DNA of 64,000 nucleotides from Oscillospiraceae bacterium (GTDB lineage Bacteria; Bacillota; Clostridia; Oscillospirales; Oscillospiraceae): NCBI GenBank assembly GCA_045596005.1, contig JAZOBQ010000016.1, positions 1,783 to 65,782 of the forward strand, read 5' to 3'. Shown piece by piece: positions 54,894 to 64,000 of this stretch (position 1 is its first letter; each line of letters starts with the position of its first letter). The notes under the pieces were generated by a model. It saw only the letters and a program-made list of their open reading frames with translations, ran no database searches and was not told where the DNA came from. The position numbers and the translations under genes were made by a program.

Positions 54894-56030
54894 GTGAGCA
54901 ATGACAAAATTTACACAACTATTGGACAAATCTATGATTATCTCGTGGAAAAACATGAGGAAACCGGACGATTTTTCTCTTTCCCCGAAGCGGTGGACAG
55001 CCTGAGGGCGGAGGGGAAACTATCCGCGACACCGCCTCCTTTTCCGCCTTTTAGTTCCAATATGTCCAATGAGGACTTTCTGGAATTTATGCGCGGACTT
55101 TGCGTATATGCAGATTCCGTGATCATGCAGGCGCACACATATATGTCCGACCCCACAATGGAGGAAAAGAACCTTTTTCCCGACGGGAAAGATGTTTTCT
55201 GCCTTCTTAACATGCCGTACATGGTAGAGCTGCCTCATTTTCATAAGTTCTTTGAGATCACCCATGTGCTGAAAGGAAAATGCACCTTCGCTTTTGAGGG
55301 AGAAAAGGTGGATCTTTCCGAGGGGGAATTCTGCATTGTTTCTCCGATGTCCGGACATAGTCTGCCGCTAGAACCCGGCTGTATAGCCGTGTCCGTTGTC
55401 GTGCGCCGAAGCACCTTCGACAGCGTTTTCCATAATCTCCTTACGCAGAAGGATCTTATGAGCATATTTTTCCGCAACAGTCTGTATGAATCGCGCAGAG
55501 CCAACTATATTCTTTTCAAAAACGCCAACGATCCGCTTGTGAATCAGACACTTAAAGAGCTGATATACGAATGCAATGTAACGGACGCATATTCTAATGA
55601 CTGCGCCGTCAGTCTTCTTAATCTCTATCTGGCCAGACTGCTGCGTGCGTCAAGCAACGCGGTCACGCTTTATCGCCACGAGGGTTATTCCGAGCGCGAC
55701 TTCGATTTTTCCCTGGTTCTGAACTATATCCAGCAAAACTACCGCACGGTCACATTGGCATCGCTTGCGCATACTTTCCATTTCAGCGAGAGCTACCTGA
55801 GCAAGCTGATACATAAAAAGCTTAATCAAAGCTTCACAGACATTCTCAGAACGTTGAAAATGAACAAAGCCATCGACTATCTGATGAATACTCATATGAA
55901 AATTAGCGAGATCGCAGACGCGGTAGGCTATGACAGCGTTGACCATTTTTCGCGAACATTCCGCAAAGTTTACGGTATGCCGCCGCAGGAATACAAAAAG
56001 CTCCACAGCAAGGAAAGCTTCAGACTGTGA
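54894..56030 (+). CDS. AraC family transcriptional regulator (cupin N-terminal domain)
   Basis: ORF 54855..56030 trimmed to the in-frame GTG 54894, 8 nt after GGGGAGGG. 'PHFHKFFEITHVLKGKCTF' cupin region. C-terminal HTH 'HFSESYLSKLIHKKLNQSF' and 'GYDSVDHFSRTFRKVYGMPPQEY'. Confidence 0.8.
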   Translation: MSNDKIYTTIGQIYDYLVEKHEETGRFFSFPEAVDSLRAEGKLSATPPPFPPFSSNMSNEDFLEFMRGLCVYADSVIMQAHTYMSDPTMEEKNLFPDGKDVFCLLNMPYMVELPHFHKFFEITHVLKGKCTFAFEGEKVDLSEGEFCIVSPMSGHSLPLEPGCIAVSVVVRRSTFDSVFHNLLTQKDLMSIFFRNSLYESRRANYILFKNANDPLVNQTLKELIYECNVTDAYSNDCAVSLLNLYLARLLRASSNAVTLYRHEGYSERDFDFSLVLNYIQQNYRTVTLASLAHTFHFSESYLSKLIHKKLNQSFTDILRTLKMNKAIDYLMNTHMKISEIADAVGYDSVDHFSRTFRKVYGMPPQEYKKLHSKESFRL

Positions 56031-56049
56031 AGCGACAGGAGATAAGAAA

Positions 56050-58596
56050 ATGAAGATCAATTCTTTCAAGATAAACGGCCGCGCCAACATCGCCGCGACC
56101 GACAGCCGCAGTCTCCATTTCTCCATGCGCAAGGAAGGAAAAAACGAAAATATATGCTTTGAAATATTTGCTGGATCTGAATTATGCTGGTCAAGCGGAA
56201 TGCTGCCATGGGAGCCGGAGATGCATTTCGAGGATCTTCCGCTTGAGCCGCGCAGTAAATATACTGTGAAAGCAAAGCCGGAAAATGGAGATGCCGCCGA
56301 GCTTAGGCTGTACACAGGCTTTATGGGCGAGGAGTGGGAGGCCGGCTGGATAGAGCCGGAACAGGATAATGCCATTCCCGAAAGGGACATAATGTTTTTT
56401 GAGCAGTTCGTGCCCATGCCCGACCATTTTGGAGGACACGGCAGACTTCGTCCGGCTCAGGGGCTGCGCCGCTGCTTCGAACTTGACAGCATACCCGAAA
56501 AAGCGCTTTTATTCTGCAGCGCACACGGCGTTTACAGTCTGAGCGTAAACGGAAAAACTGTGGATAGCCGCCGCCTTGCCCCCGAGACGAGTCCTTATGA
56601 GAGAGTGCTGTACTACCAGGTATATGATATCGCCAGACTGCTGAAGAGCGGCGAGAATACAATAAGTGTACTGCTGGGTGACGGATGGTGGATAGGCCGC
56701 ATCGGTCTCACGGGGCACAGCTGCCAGTACGGAGACCGCCTTGGTTTTATCGCCCAGCTTGAGCTTGAGACAAATGGCGAAAAACGCAGGATAGTCAGCG
56801 ACGCTTTGTTCGAGTCGAGAGAGTCGTTTATCAAATATTCCGACCTGATGATGGGCGAAAAGTGGGATCTTCGAGAGACGGACGAGAGCTGGAAAGCCTG
56901 CGTCGAAGTGGAACACGACAAGGGTATTCTCGCGATACAGGAGGCAGAGCCAGTGGCCGCGTGGAGTGCGATAGAGCCGGTCAGACTTTTCAGAAGTCCG
57001 AAAAATGAGCTGATCGCCGATTTCGGTGAATGCCTTGCAGGTGTTGTTGAGCTTCGTGTAAACTGCCCGGAAGGCAGGGAGATCACTCTTGACCACAGCG
57101 AGACTCTGGACGCGGAGGGAAATTTCTTCCGCAACATTCTCGGCAGAAACAAAGACCAGCAGGATAAGCTGGTATGCGGTGAGGGCGAAAGCTTTTTCTG
57201 CCCGCTGTTCACCTACCACGGTTTCAGATATCTTCGCATCGAAGGCGCGTCCGAGAACGAGATAATGTCGCTCAGAGCGCTCAAAATCGGCACGCCAATA
57301 GACGAACTGGGCGATTTCGAGTGCAGCCACGAGGGACTGAATCTGTTCCAGCGCAATATCAGAAATTCCACACGAAGCAACATGGTTTCCGTTCCGACCG
57401 ACTGTCCGCAAAGAGAAAAGGTGGGTTGGACAGGAGACATTCAGGTGTTTGCCGAAACCGGTGCTTTCAATTATTCTCTTGCCGATTTTCTGCGCCACTG
57501 GCTTGGGCAGATGCGTCTTTCTCAGGAAGCCAACGGCAGCGTTCCTATAGTCATCCCCTCATATCCGGAGCAGACGAAAATGCAGCTGAAGACCAACGGC
57601 TGGAACAGCTCGTCCGCATGGTCGGATGCCTGCGTTCTTGTGCCGCTGCGCCTGTATAAAGCGACGGGGGACAAGAGACTGCTTTCGGATAATCTCGAAA
57701 TGATGGAAAAATGGATGGAGTATATTGCCTCCATGTCTCATGATTATGTCTGGTCTGAGGGTTACCATTTCGGAGACTGGATGATACCCAGCCATGAAAA
57801 TGACATAGAGGGCGGCTCTGCGGTGACGGCACCCGTTATTGCCGCGTGTCAATACGCGGTCACCGCCGCTGCCTATGCGGAGGTTTTGGAAATACTCGGC
57901 GAGAGCGAGGAGAAAATTGAGCGGGGCAGGGAGCTCGCTGAAAATATCCGCCGTGCTGTTCGTGAGCGATTTATTCATGAAGACGGCAGCGTGGAGGGCG
58001 GATTGCAGGGACTTTACGTCATGGCTCTGCATTCCGGCGCGGCCTCGGGCGAGCTTGGCAAAAAGACAGCCGACAAACTCGCGGCTATGATAGAAGAAAA
58101 CGGCGGCGCGCTTGATACCGGCTTCGTGTCCACACCGCATCTTCTCGATGTGCTGACGGAGTATGGTAAAAAGGAGCTTGCTTACAAGCTGCTTTACCGG
58201 GAGGACTGCCCCTCGTGGCTCTATCAGGTGAAAAATGGGGCCACAAGCATATGGGAAAACTGGAACGCTATTCGCCCGGATGGTACAATAACAACGAGTT
58301 CCTATAACCATTACGCCCTCGGCTGCGCAGGAGACTGGATCTACCGCAATATCGGCGGACTGAAATCCAAAGCACCCGGTTGGAGCGGGATAGAGTATTC
58401 CCCCGACCTTGACTGCGGCCTTTCTTACGCCCGCTGCAGCCATGCAACGCCCTATGGCCTGGCCGAGTGCAGTTGGAGCATAGCCGACGGAAAGACGAAA
58501 GTTTGCATCACCGTTCCCCACGGTGTGAAAGCGTACTGTGTACTGCCGGGTATAAGCAAAGAGCTTTCTGCCGGAAAACATGAGTTTTGTCTGTAA
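56050..58596 (+). CDS. alpha-L-rhamnosidase, GH78 family
   Basis: ORF 55930..58596 trimmed to ATG 56050 (AGGAG RBS; MKINSFKINGR). Contains 'VPTDCPQREKVGWTGDIQVF', 'SYNHYALGCAGDWIY' and 'PGWSGIEYSP'. It is a paralog type of the gene at 1..2480. Confidence 0.85.
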   Translation: MKINSFKINGRANIAATDSRSLHFSMRKEGKNENICFEIFAGSELCWSSGMLPWEPEMHFEDLPLEPRSKYTVKAKPENGDAAELRLYTGFMGEEWEAGWIEPEQDNAIPERDIMFFEQFVPMPDHFGGHGRLRPAQGLRRCFELDSIPEKALLFCSAHGVYSLSVNGKTVDSRRLAPETSPYERVLYYQVYDIARLLKSGENTISVLLGDGWWIGRIGLTGHSCQYGDRLGFIAQLELETNGEKRRIVSDALFESRESFIKYSDLMMGEKWDLRETDESWKACVEVEHDKGILAIQEAEPVAAWSAIEPVRLFRSPKNELIADFGECLAGVVELRVNCPEGREITLDHSETLDAEGNFFRNILGRNKDQQDKLVCGEGESFFCPLFTYHGFRYLRIEGASENEIMSLRALKIGTPIDELGDFECSHEGLNLFQRNIRNSTRSNMVSVPTDCPQREKVGWTGDIQVFAETGAFNYSLADFLRHWLGQMRLSQEANGSVPIVIPSYPEQTKMQLKTNGWNSSSAWSDACVLVPLRLYKATGDKRLLSDNLEMMEKWMEYIASMSHDYVWSEGYHFGDWMIPSHENDIEGGSAVTAPVIAACQYAVTAAAYAEVLEILGESEEKIERGRELAENIRRAVRERFIHEDGSVEGGLQGLYVMALHSGAASGELGKKTADKLAAMIEENGGALDTGFVSTPHLLDVLTEYGKKELAYKLLYREDCPSWLYQVKNGATSIWENWNAIRPDGTITTSSYNHYALGCAGDWIYRNIGGLKSKAPGWSGIEYSPDLDCGLSYARCSHATPYGLAECSWSIADGKTKVCITVPHGVKAYCVLPGISKELSAGKHEFCL

Positions 58597-58611
58597 AATA
58601 ATAAAAATAAA

Positions 58612-58637
58612 AGCCTGAAATCATTCGATTTCAGGCT
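58612..58637. terminator. bidirectional terminator between GH78 and DUF4956 genes
   Basis: Perfect 11-bp stem AGCCTGAAATC (58612-58622) / GATTTCAGGCT (58627-58637), flanked by A- and T-runs. Confidence 0.8.
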
Positions 58638-58672
58638 TTTATTTCGTCTTATTAAGTTTACATAACGCAAAA

Positions 58673-59341
58673 TCAGCCTTTGCGGCAGTCGACGAGCGAG
58701 ACATTGGTGATGCCTGGGAGAGCCTTGATGGTGGCACCAAGGGCCATGCTCTTGGAGGGGATGCCAAGCTCATAGATGACTTCTGTGTATTCTTCGCTCT
58801 GCATCTGGGAAGACAGACTGTATTTCAGACCACTTTTTTCGAGAAGCTCCTCAACACGGACAAAGGCGTCGATATCCTTTCCTCTGACAACGAGCAGAAA
58901 AGGTTTCGAGCTGCGGTCAAACATGAGAACCGCCACAAGGCAGATGAGACCGACCACGAGACAGCCGAGCAGAGTGAGCAGGTAGAAACCTGCGCCGGCG
59001 GTGATGCCTGCGGCGACAGACCAGAAAAGGAAGGCGGTGTCGGAAGCGTCCTTGACGGCGGTGCGGAATCTCACGATGGACAGAGCACCGACCATACCGA
59101 GAGAAAGCGCGAGGTTGGAGGTGATGGTCATGACCATCATCGCGCTGATCGAGCAGATGAGCAGGAGGCTGATGCAGAAGCTGCGGTTGAGGCTTACCTG
59201 CTTTGCGGTGCGCTGATATATGAGCAGAATAAACAGGCTGGCGAGGAAAGCCACGCCGAGACCGAATATGATATCCACGCCGGAGATGCTGGTGTCAAAA
59301 CCCTCCAGTACGGATTTTTTGATTGCGTCGAATATACTCAT
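58673..59341 (-). CDS. DUF4956-like membrane protein
   Basis: ORF 58673..59377 trimmed to ATG 59341 (AGGGGG RBS; MSIFDAIKKSVLEGF). Four TM segments and a soluble C-terminal half. Typical partner of VTC and CotH genes. Confidence 0.7.
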   Translation of the reverse strand: MSIFDAIKKSVLEGFDTSISGVDIIFGLGVAFLASLFILLIYQRTAKQVSLNRSFCISLLLICSISAMMVMTITSNLALSLGMVGALSIVRFRTAVKDASDTAFLFWSVAAGITAGAGFYLLTLLGCLVVGLICLVAVLMFDRSSKPFLLVVRGKDIDAFVRVEELLEKSGLKYSLSSQMQSEEYTEVIYELGIPSKSMALGATIKALPGITNVSLVDCRKG

Positions 59342-59352
59342 GGTTTGTCCCC

Positions 59353-60027
59353 CTAAATAATTTCTCTTTCGCGGCACAGCGCATATTTCGAAACGGACAG
59401 CTGCTTTGTGCAGACCGCCGTCATTTTTCTTGCAAAGACGGGAATATGGCTGCCGTATTTTATCTCCATTATAACGCTGCCTCTGCTGAGCGCAGGAACA
59501 CCGCTGACAAGCGGAGAAAACAGCGCTTCCGGATCGGGTCTTATGGATTCTATATTAGTATCAAAGGTGAGACGGAAATCCGAACCGGCGTGGAAAAAGG
59601 CATCGCGTTTATAGCGCACAGCCACAACGGGTCTGAGGTCGCCCGCGCTGATCTGGGCGGCAAGATCGTAGGCCTTGCCCTCGAAGCGATCGAGTTCGGT
59701 GTTGACACCTTCAAGAAGCGCGATCTGTTCACGGCTGATGCCGGCGGCGTACTTTTTTGTCAGCAAGCCGTGTTTGTCCTTGCGCTCTAGCTTTATTAGC
59801 GCATCGTCATAATCGTAGCAGCGGATGCGGAACTTGGTATGTTCGGCGAGACCGTCGAGCTTTTCGTCCAGCGCGTGGTTGAAATTGTCGTCAAAGTACA
59901 GCGAGGTGATAACATAGCTGCCGTTTATGCCGTGAGAATCCGGTGTGAGAAGCTGCATCGCACGGCTTTTGAGCAGGAGATAGCGGCTGTAGTCGATTAT
60001 GTATTTTTCTTCGTGCCGTGAAGCCAA
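59353..60027 (-). CDS. VTC-domain (polyphosphate-polymerase-like) protein
   Basis: ORF 59353..60159 trimmed to the in-frame TTG 60027, 6 nt after AGGAGG. N-terminus '(M)ASRHEEKYIIDY', then 'ITSLYFDD', 'KFRIRCYD', 'LERKDKHG' and 'GSVIMEIKY'. Confidence 0.7.
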   Translation of the reverse strand: MASRHEEKYIIDYSRYLLLKSRAMQLLTPDSHGINGSYVITSLYFDDNFNHALDEKLDGLAEHTKFRIRCYDYDDALIKLERKDKHGLLTKKYAAGISREQIALLEGVNTELDRFEGKAYDLAAQISAGDLRPVVAVRYKRDAFFHAGSDFRLTFDTNIESIRPDPEALFSPLVSGVPALSRGSVIMEIKYGSHIPVFARKMTAVCTKQLSVSKYALCREREII

Positions 60028-60046
60028 TGCTGCACCTCCTTTTTTG

Positions 60047-63000
60047 TCAGATGTCGAATCCGTAAGAGCGCATTTCTTTGTCTGTGAGGTCGAACCACTC
60101 CTGAGCGAATTTGAGCATATATTCGTTTCTGTTTGCGGCGAAAAGGCGCAGCGACTCAACGCTGTCCTGCCACGCCTTGTAGCTGTTGTTCCAGCGCTCG
60201 CATTCTTTGGGCATATCCTCGCCGATCATGGTGATTATTTCATCGATACGGGCGTTGATGTTTTCCTCTGTCCAGATGGTGTTCATCTGCCATGCCATGC
60301 GGCTGAGGAACTTATCGCGGAATAACTCATTTTTAATCATCTTGGCGCCGAAAGTCTTTGCGGTGGTGTCGGCTGCACCTATGTTGTTCGGAAGGAAATA
60401 GGTAGGGAAGGGGTTGTTTTTATACTCAAGGAAAGCCAGATCCGTGTCGTAGAGTATCCAGGTCCAGATCCCCTCCGGGTTCAGAAAGTACTTAACATTG
60501 CCGCTGTCCATGTTTGCGATCCACATTTCGGCGATGAGAAAGTCAATGTAGTTATCCACATCTATGCGCGAACTGACATACTCATACTGCTCCGGGTCGC
60601 TCATATTGTGTTTTGCGGTGTATTCCGCGAAATCGACATAGTCGGGATTTGCCCAACCGCCGCCTTTTACGACGTTGAGCGTATCCGGCTCGACATTGTA
60701 ATGCGCAGCGAGGTAGTTGGTATTTATCTTCTCGCGGATGTAGTGCAGACCCCAGTACTCGCCGTTCAGGTAAACGACGACAGGTTTATATTTTTGCACA
60801 GGAACGTCGGTATAGTCGCTGAAAAGCGAGGTGATCAAAACGTCGCGCATTCTCGCGCGGGTGGAGTCCTGCCCTCCTGTGCGCAGAACGAAGGACTCGT
60901 AGGTGTCAAAGCTGTCCTCGCCGAAGAGCGGGTAGGCAAGTTCACCGCAGCCGTATATGTCGCGGAAATGGCAGGCGAGGGATTTTTTCGGCATTGAGCG
61001 GGTGAAGCCGCCGAAAATCTTTATACCGCAGTCAGCGGAAAAACCGCTGCCGTCAGTCTCAAAAAGGGTGATATTGGCGATCTTTTCCCAGTCATTCCAG
61101 TAGTTCGCGCCGAAATGCGGAGGTTCTTCGGAGGCGTCAGGACCGGCCACATATATTCCGTTTCCGGGATCCCAGAGATTGCCGGGATCGGTGACGACGC
61201 TGACAATGGGCAGGGTGTCATTCTCATTGATAATATAGCTGAGGTTAAGAAGTTCGGAATCCTGCTTTCCGCTTGAGCGGCATTCGGCGCGGATAACGGT
61301 GGTCTCCGTGAGGCGGATGGGGCCGGTGTAAAGCTTTGCGGTCGAGCCGGGTGTAGCGCAGCTCGTGGTGTAATATATCTCGCCCTCGCCGCTCAGCTCA
61401 ATGTCGAGATAGTCGATGCCGTCATAGCAGCCCTGCGCAACGGAAGCTGTGGGCATAGCGCATTTTTCGGCGGAAGCTGAATTGCCGTAACCGGGAGTGG
61501 GGGAGGCGAGCAGAGAAAAGACGGAGCTTTCCTTAGCGCGGCCCCAGCTTTCATCCGCAGCAAGCTCGGGGAGCATAACGTAGTCGACAACGCTGCCGTT
61601 TTTGCTCAGATAAAGCTGTTCACCCTCGCTTGAAAGGTTAAAGGGAAGGGATTCGTAATGGGAATTGAGATTGGTGGGGTCGGACTTCAGAAGCAGCACG
61701 CAGTACTCGCCGGCTTTGAGCGTGATATCCGGCAGAGGATAGCGGTCAGTATCCGAACTGCGGTCGGACAAATAATAGTCGGCTAGTTCGACGGTGGAAT
61801 CGGAGGTATTGTGAAGCTCGAGCCAGTCGGCGGTCGTGCCGTAAGGCCCCTTGAGATAGCTTCGGTTTGCGCTCATGACCTCGGAAATGATAAGGCCGTC
61901 AGCGCTTCGAGCTGCAAAATAGCTCTCGCGTCCGTCTGCGGTGTTGGGGTATGCGATTGATACCTCGGCAAAGCCACAGCTTATCTGGTCGGAGTCGTAA
62001 TAGATGTTGATACTCTTTCCGCTCTCACCTTCATTGCAGCTGACGGTGGGCGCGTGACAATGGTCGGGAGCGGTGAGGCGCAGCGTCTCACCATCTGAAA
62101 GGGCAAAGCCGCTCGTCTGAGCCGAGCACTCTACAACAAGGTATTCGCCGGGAGCGAGAGTCTGCTTTGGGAGCGGATACTCATATGGATCGCCGCCGTC
62201 GGAGAGGTACCAGCCTTCTGTGCTGACAGATTCGGCGCTTCGGTTGAAAATTTCCACAAGGTCGGTAAACATGCCGCCATAAGGTACACCGGCGGAGGAG
62301 AGCAGTACCTCGCTTATCACAAGTGCGGACTCGCTGTTTATTCGCTCCGAGGCGAAAAGTGCGGAGCCGATCTCGCTGTTTTCAAAACCGAGGGAAACGG
62401 CTGCGGCAGCATATCTGCTGTCATCAGTCAGAGCCAGGGAAATATCGTCACCGAGGAACTGTGCCTCAAGGATGCTGTATTCCCCAAGTTGGTTTGTAAG
62501 TGTGAGCATTTCTCCGTGAGATATGGCGAAATTCGCGTGTATCTCGCCGCTTTCGGATATGTAGTTGGCTCCGTCGCAGAAAATGAGAATCCTGTCATCG
62601 GGGGCGAGCTCTCTGTCGGGCAGGCGGAAGCGGTGACGCCGGCTGCTGTCGTCGGAGAGACAGTAATGGCGTAGATTGACGCTGTCGCTGCCGATGTTGT
62701 GAAGCTCAATAATATCGGAGTAGAGGCCGTTTTCATCGGGGAGCGAGGACTCGTTGCCGATAAGAACTTCGCTGATGACAAGCTCGGAGAAGACAGTTTC
62801 GCTGCCTTTGAGAAATGCGGAGATACCGGCTGCGCTGTTGGCGTAACCGGGACTTGCATCGTAGGAGTTTTCGTAGATGCCTCCGTTGAAGAGCATTACC
62901 TGGTCGCTCAGCAGTGCGGCCGTGGTGGCCTGCGCAACGATGCCGCCTTCGCTGTCGAGCAGCTGTATGCAGTCTCCGCCGGAAGCTCCGAGGGCGAAAC

Positions 63001-63361
63001 CGGTGAGCTCGTCGCCGAGAAAGACGAGGAGATACTCGTCTTTTCCAAGTATCATAGAGCCAAAGGGAGAGCAGGAGACCTTGCCGTCATTTAGCGTGAA
63101 ACCCTCAAGGCATACAGCCTCGCCGGAGTTATGAAGCTCGATATAATCGCGGAACTTTCCTTCGTTATCGGCGATGATACTGTCATTTTTGCTGCATATT
63201 TCATTTATGCTTATGGAATATCGGCTCTGCGAAGAGTCAGCCGTATCCGGATAGCTGTCGGCAAAAAGCACGGCCGAGCACACCGCGGCAAGAGCTATGA
63301 AAAGGCAGAGCGTCAGAATAAGGTTTTTCTTTTTCAAGTGCATGCCTCCAAAAAGCAGCAT
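60047..63361 (-). CDS. CotH kinase family protein with four lamin-tail-like domains
   Basis: 1104 aa. N-terminal anchor 'LILTLCLFIALAAVCSAVLF'. Four repeats of the type 'L.ISE......(D).IEL.N.S...V.L.(G/H)Y.LSD'. 'IYYTTSCATPGS' Fn3-associated-like motif. The C-terminal CotH region contains 'LRTGGQDS', 'VVVYLNGEYWGLH' and 'NVKYF'. The start could also be ATG 63343. Confidence 0.85.
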   Translation of the reverse strand: MLLFGGMHLKKKNLILTLCLFIALAAVCSAVLFADSYPDTADSSQSRYSISINEICSKNDSIIADNEGKFRDYIELHNSGEAVCLEGFTLNDGKVSCSPFGSMILGKDEYLLVFLGDELTGFALGASGGDCIQLLDSEGGIVAQATTAALLSDQVMLFNGGIYENSYDASPGYANSAAGISAFLKGSETVFSELVISEVLIGNESSLPDENGLYSDIIELHNIGSDSVNLRHYCLSDDSSRRHRFRLPDRELAPDDRILIFCDGANYISESGEIHANFAISHGEMLTLTNQLGEYSILEAQFLGDDISLALTDDSRYAAAAVSLGFENSEIGSALFASERINSESALVISEVLLSSAGVPYGGMFTDLVEIFNRSAESVSTEGWYLSDGGDPYEYPLPKQTLAPGEYLVVECSAQTSGFALSDGETLRLTAPDHCHAPTVSCNEGESGKSINIYYDSDQISCGFAEVSIAYPNTADGRESYFAARSADGLIISEVMSANRSYLKGPYGTTADWLELHNTSDSTVELADYYLSDRSSDTDRYPLPDITLKAGEYCVLLLKSDPTNLNSHYESLPFNLSSEGEQLYLSKNGSVVDYVMLPELAADESWGRAKESSVFSLLASPTPGYGNSASAEKCAMPTASVAQGCYDGIDYLDIELSGEGEIYYTTSCATPGSTAKLYTGPIRLTETTVIRAECRSSGKQDSELLNLSYIINENDTLPIVSVVTDPGNLWDPGNGIYVAGPDASEEPPHFGANYWNDWEKIANITLFETDGSGFSADCGIKIFGGFTRSMPKKSLACHFRDIYGCGELAYPLFGEDSFDTYESFVLRTGGQDSTRARMRDVLITSLFSDYTDVPVQKYKPVVVYLNGEYWGLHYIREKINTNYLAAHYNVEPDTLNVVKGGGWANPDYVDFAEYTAKHNMSDPEQYEYVSSRIDVDNYIDFLIAEMWIANMDSGNVKYFLNPEGIWTWILYDTDLAFLEYKNNPFPTYFLPNNIGAADTTAKTFGAKMIKNELFRDKFLSRMAWQMNTIWTEENINARIDEIITMIGEDMPKECERWNNSYKAWQDSVESLRLFAANRNEYMLKFAQEWFDLTDKEMRSYGFDI

Positions 63362-63503
63362 TTTTCTGTGAACTATAATTAATTATTTTATCAATATTTT
63401 CCTTTAATTGCAAGTGCTGGAGAAGGATAGAGCTTTACTTGAAAGAAAAAATCGGATATAATATAATGGTAAAACACAATAAAAACAGATGGAGATATAT
63501 GCT

Positions 63504-64000
63504 ATGATTATTTCGGATAACGTAAAATACATAGGCGTAAATGACCGCAAGATAGATCTTTTCGAGGGGCAGTTTGAAGTGCCCGAGGGCATGGCTTACA
63601 ACTCCTACGTCATCGTCGATGAAAAAATCGCTGTTATGGATTCGGTGGGCGGTGAGTTTTTTGACGAGTGGCTTGCAAATATACGCGAGGCTATTGGCGA
63701 GAGAAATCCTGACTATCTCGTGATTCAGCATATGGAACCTGACCACTCGGCAAATATTCTTAACTTTGCGAAGGAGTTTCCCACCACAGTCATCGTTTCT
63801 TCGGCAAGATCCTTCCAGATGATGCAGAACTTTTTCGGTACTGATTTTGCGGACAGACGCATTGTGGTCGGCGAGGGCGACAGCCTCAGTCTGGGAACGC
63901 ATACGCTGAGTTTTCTTTCCGCTGCTATGGTCCACTGGCCCGAAGTAATTATGAGCTATGAATCGAGCGAGCAGATCCTGTTTTCTGCCGACGCATTCGG
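63504..64000 (+). CDS. flavodiiron protein (FprA-type), N-terminal part, truncated by window edge
   Basis: Not in the ORF track because it is open at the edge. ATG 63504 has GGAG 9 nt upstream. MIISDNVKYIGVNDRKIDLFEGQFEVPEGMAYNSYVIVDEKIAVMDSV...VIQHMEPDHSANI...MVHWPEV matches the MBL-like diiron domain pattern. Confidence 0.8.
   Translation, partial: MIISDNVKYIGVNDRKIDLFEGQFEVPEGMAYNSYVIVDEKIAVMDSVGGEFFDEWLANIREAIGERNPDYLVIQHMEPDHSANILNFAKEFPTTVIVSSARSFQMMQNFFGTDFADRRIVVGEGDSLSLGTHTLSFLSAAMVHWPEVIMSYESSEQILFSADAF

Noticed and set aside
63435-63935. 166-aa minus-strand ORF at the right edge
   Set aside because: It is antisense to an edge-truncated plus-strand flavodiiron gene (63504..>64000) that has clear family motifs and an RBS.

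Overview
All calls come from reading the sequence and from motif recall. No database search was run. The window looks like chromosome from a Gram-positive, Clostridia-like anaerobe, inferred from lipoboxes, GGAGG-type RBSs and gene content.

Flanks (1-15.7 kb and 39.9-64 kb): plant glycoside and polyphenol utilisation genes.
- Two GH78 alpha-L-rhamnosidases. One is cut by the window edge and is missing from the ORF track.
- Two GH3 and one GH2 glycosidase, two GPH-type symporters, a CUT2-type sugar ABC importer and three AraC regulators.
- A type-B carboxylesterase, an amidohydrolase-2 protein and an MBL-fold hydrolase.
- A secreted 1194-aa protein made of two tandem tannase-like modules.
- A CotH/VTC/DUF4956 trio and a truncated flavodiiron gene.

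Centre (about 15.8-39.9 kb): a ~24-kb accessory island, the most interesting part of the window.
- Four Nif11-type-leader, double-glycine precursor peptides, arranged as two paralogous gene pairs.
- A radical SAM/SPASM enzyme.
- The three-gene NHLM-type bacteriocin export set: HlyD-like protein, C39-peptidase ABC transporter and a second ABC transporter with a duplicated N-terminal module.
- These are interleaved with an ECF-like sigma factor, a STAS protein, a TIR-FHA-FHA protein, two PP2C phosphatases, two Hanks kinases, a vWA protein and three LRR surface proteins.
- A promoter-like motif, TGTAAC-N15/16-GTGTA, occurs four times. Each copy is intergenic and correctly oriented, heading both arms of the island and both precursor loci.
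- Two small genes below or at the edge of the ORF-track cutoff look real: a 52-aa membrane protein and a 64-aa peptide with a double-glycine-like leader.

I recognised no rRNA, tRNA, CRISPR array, transposase or integrase.
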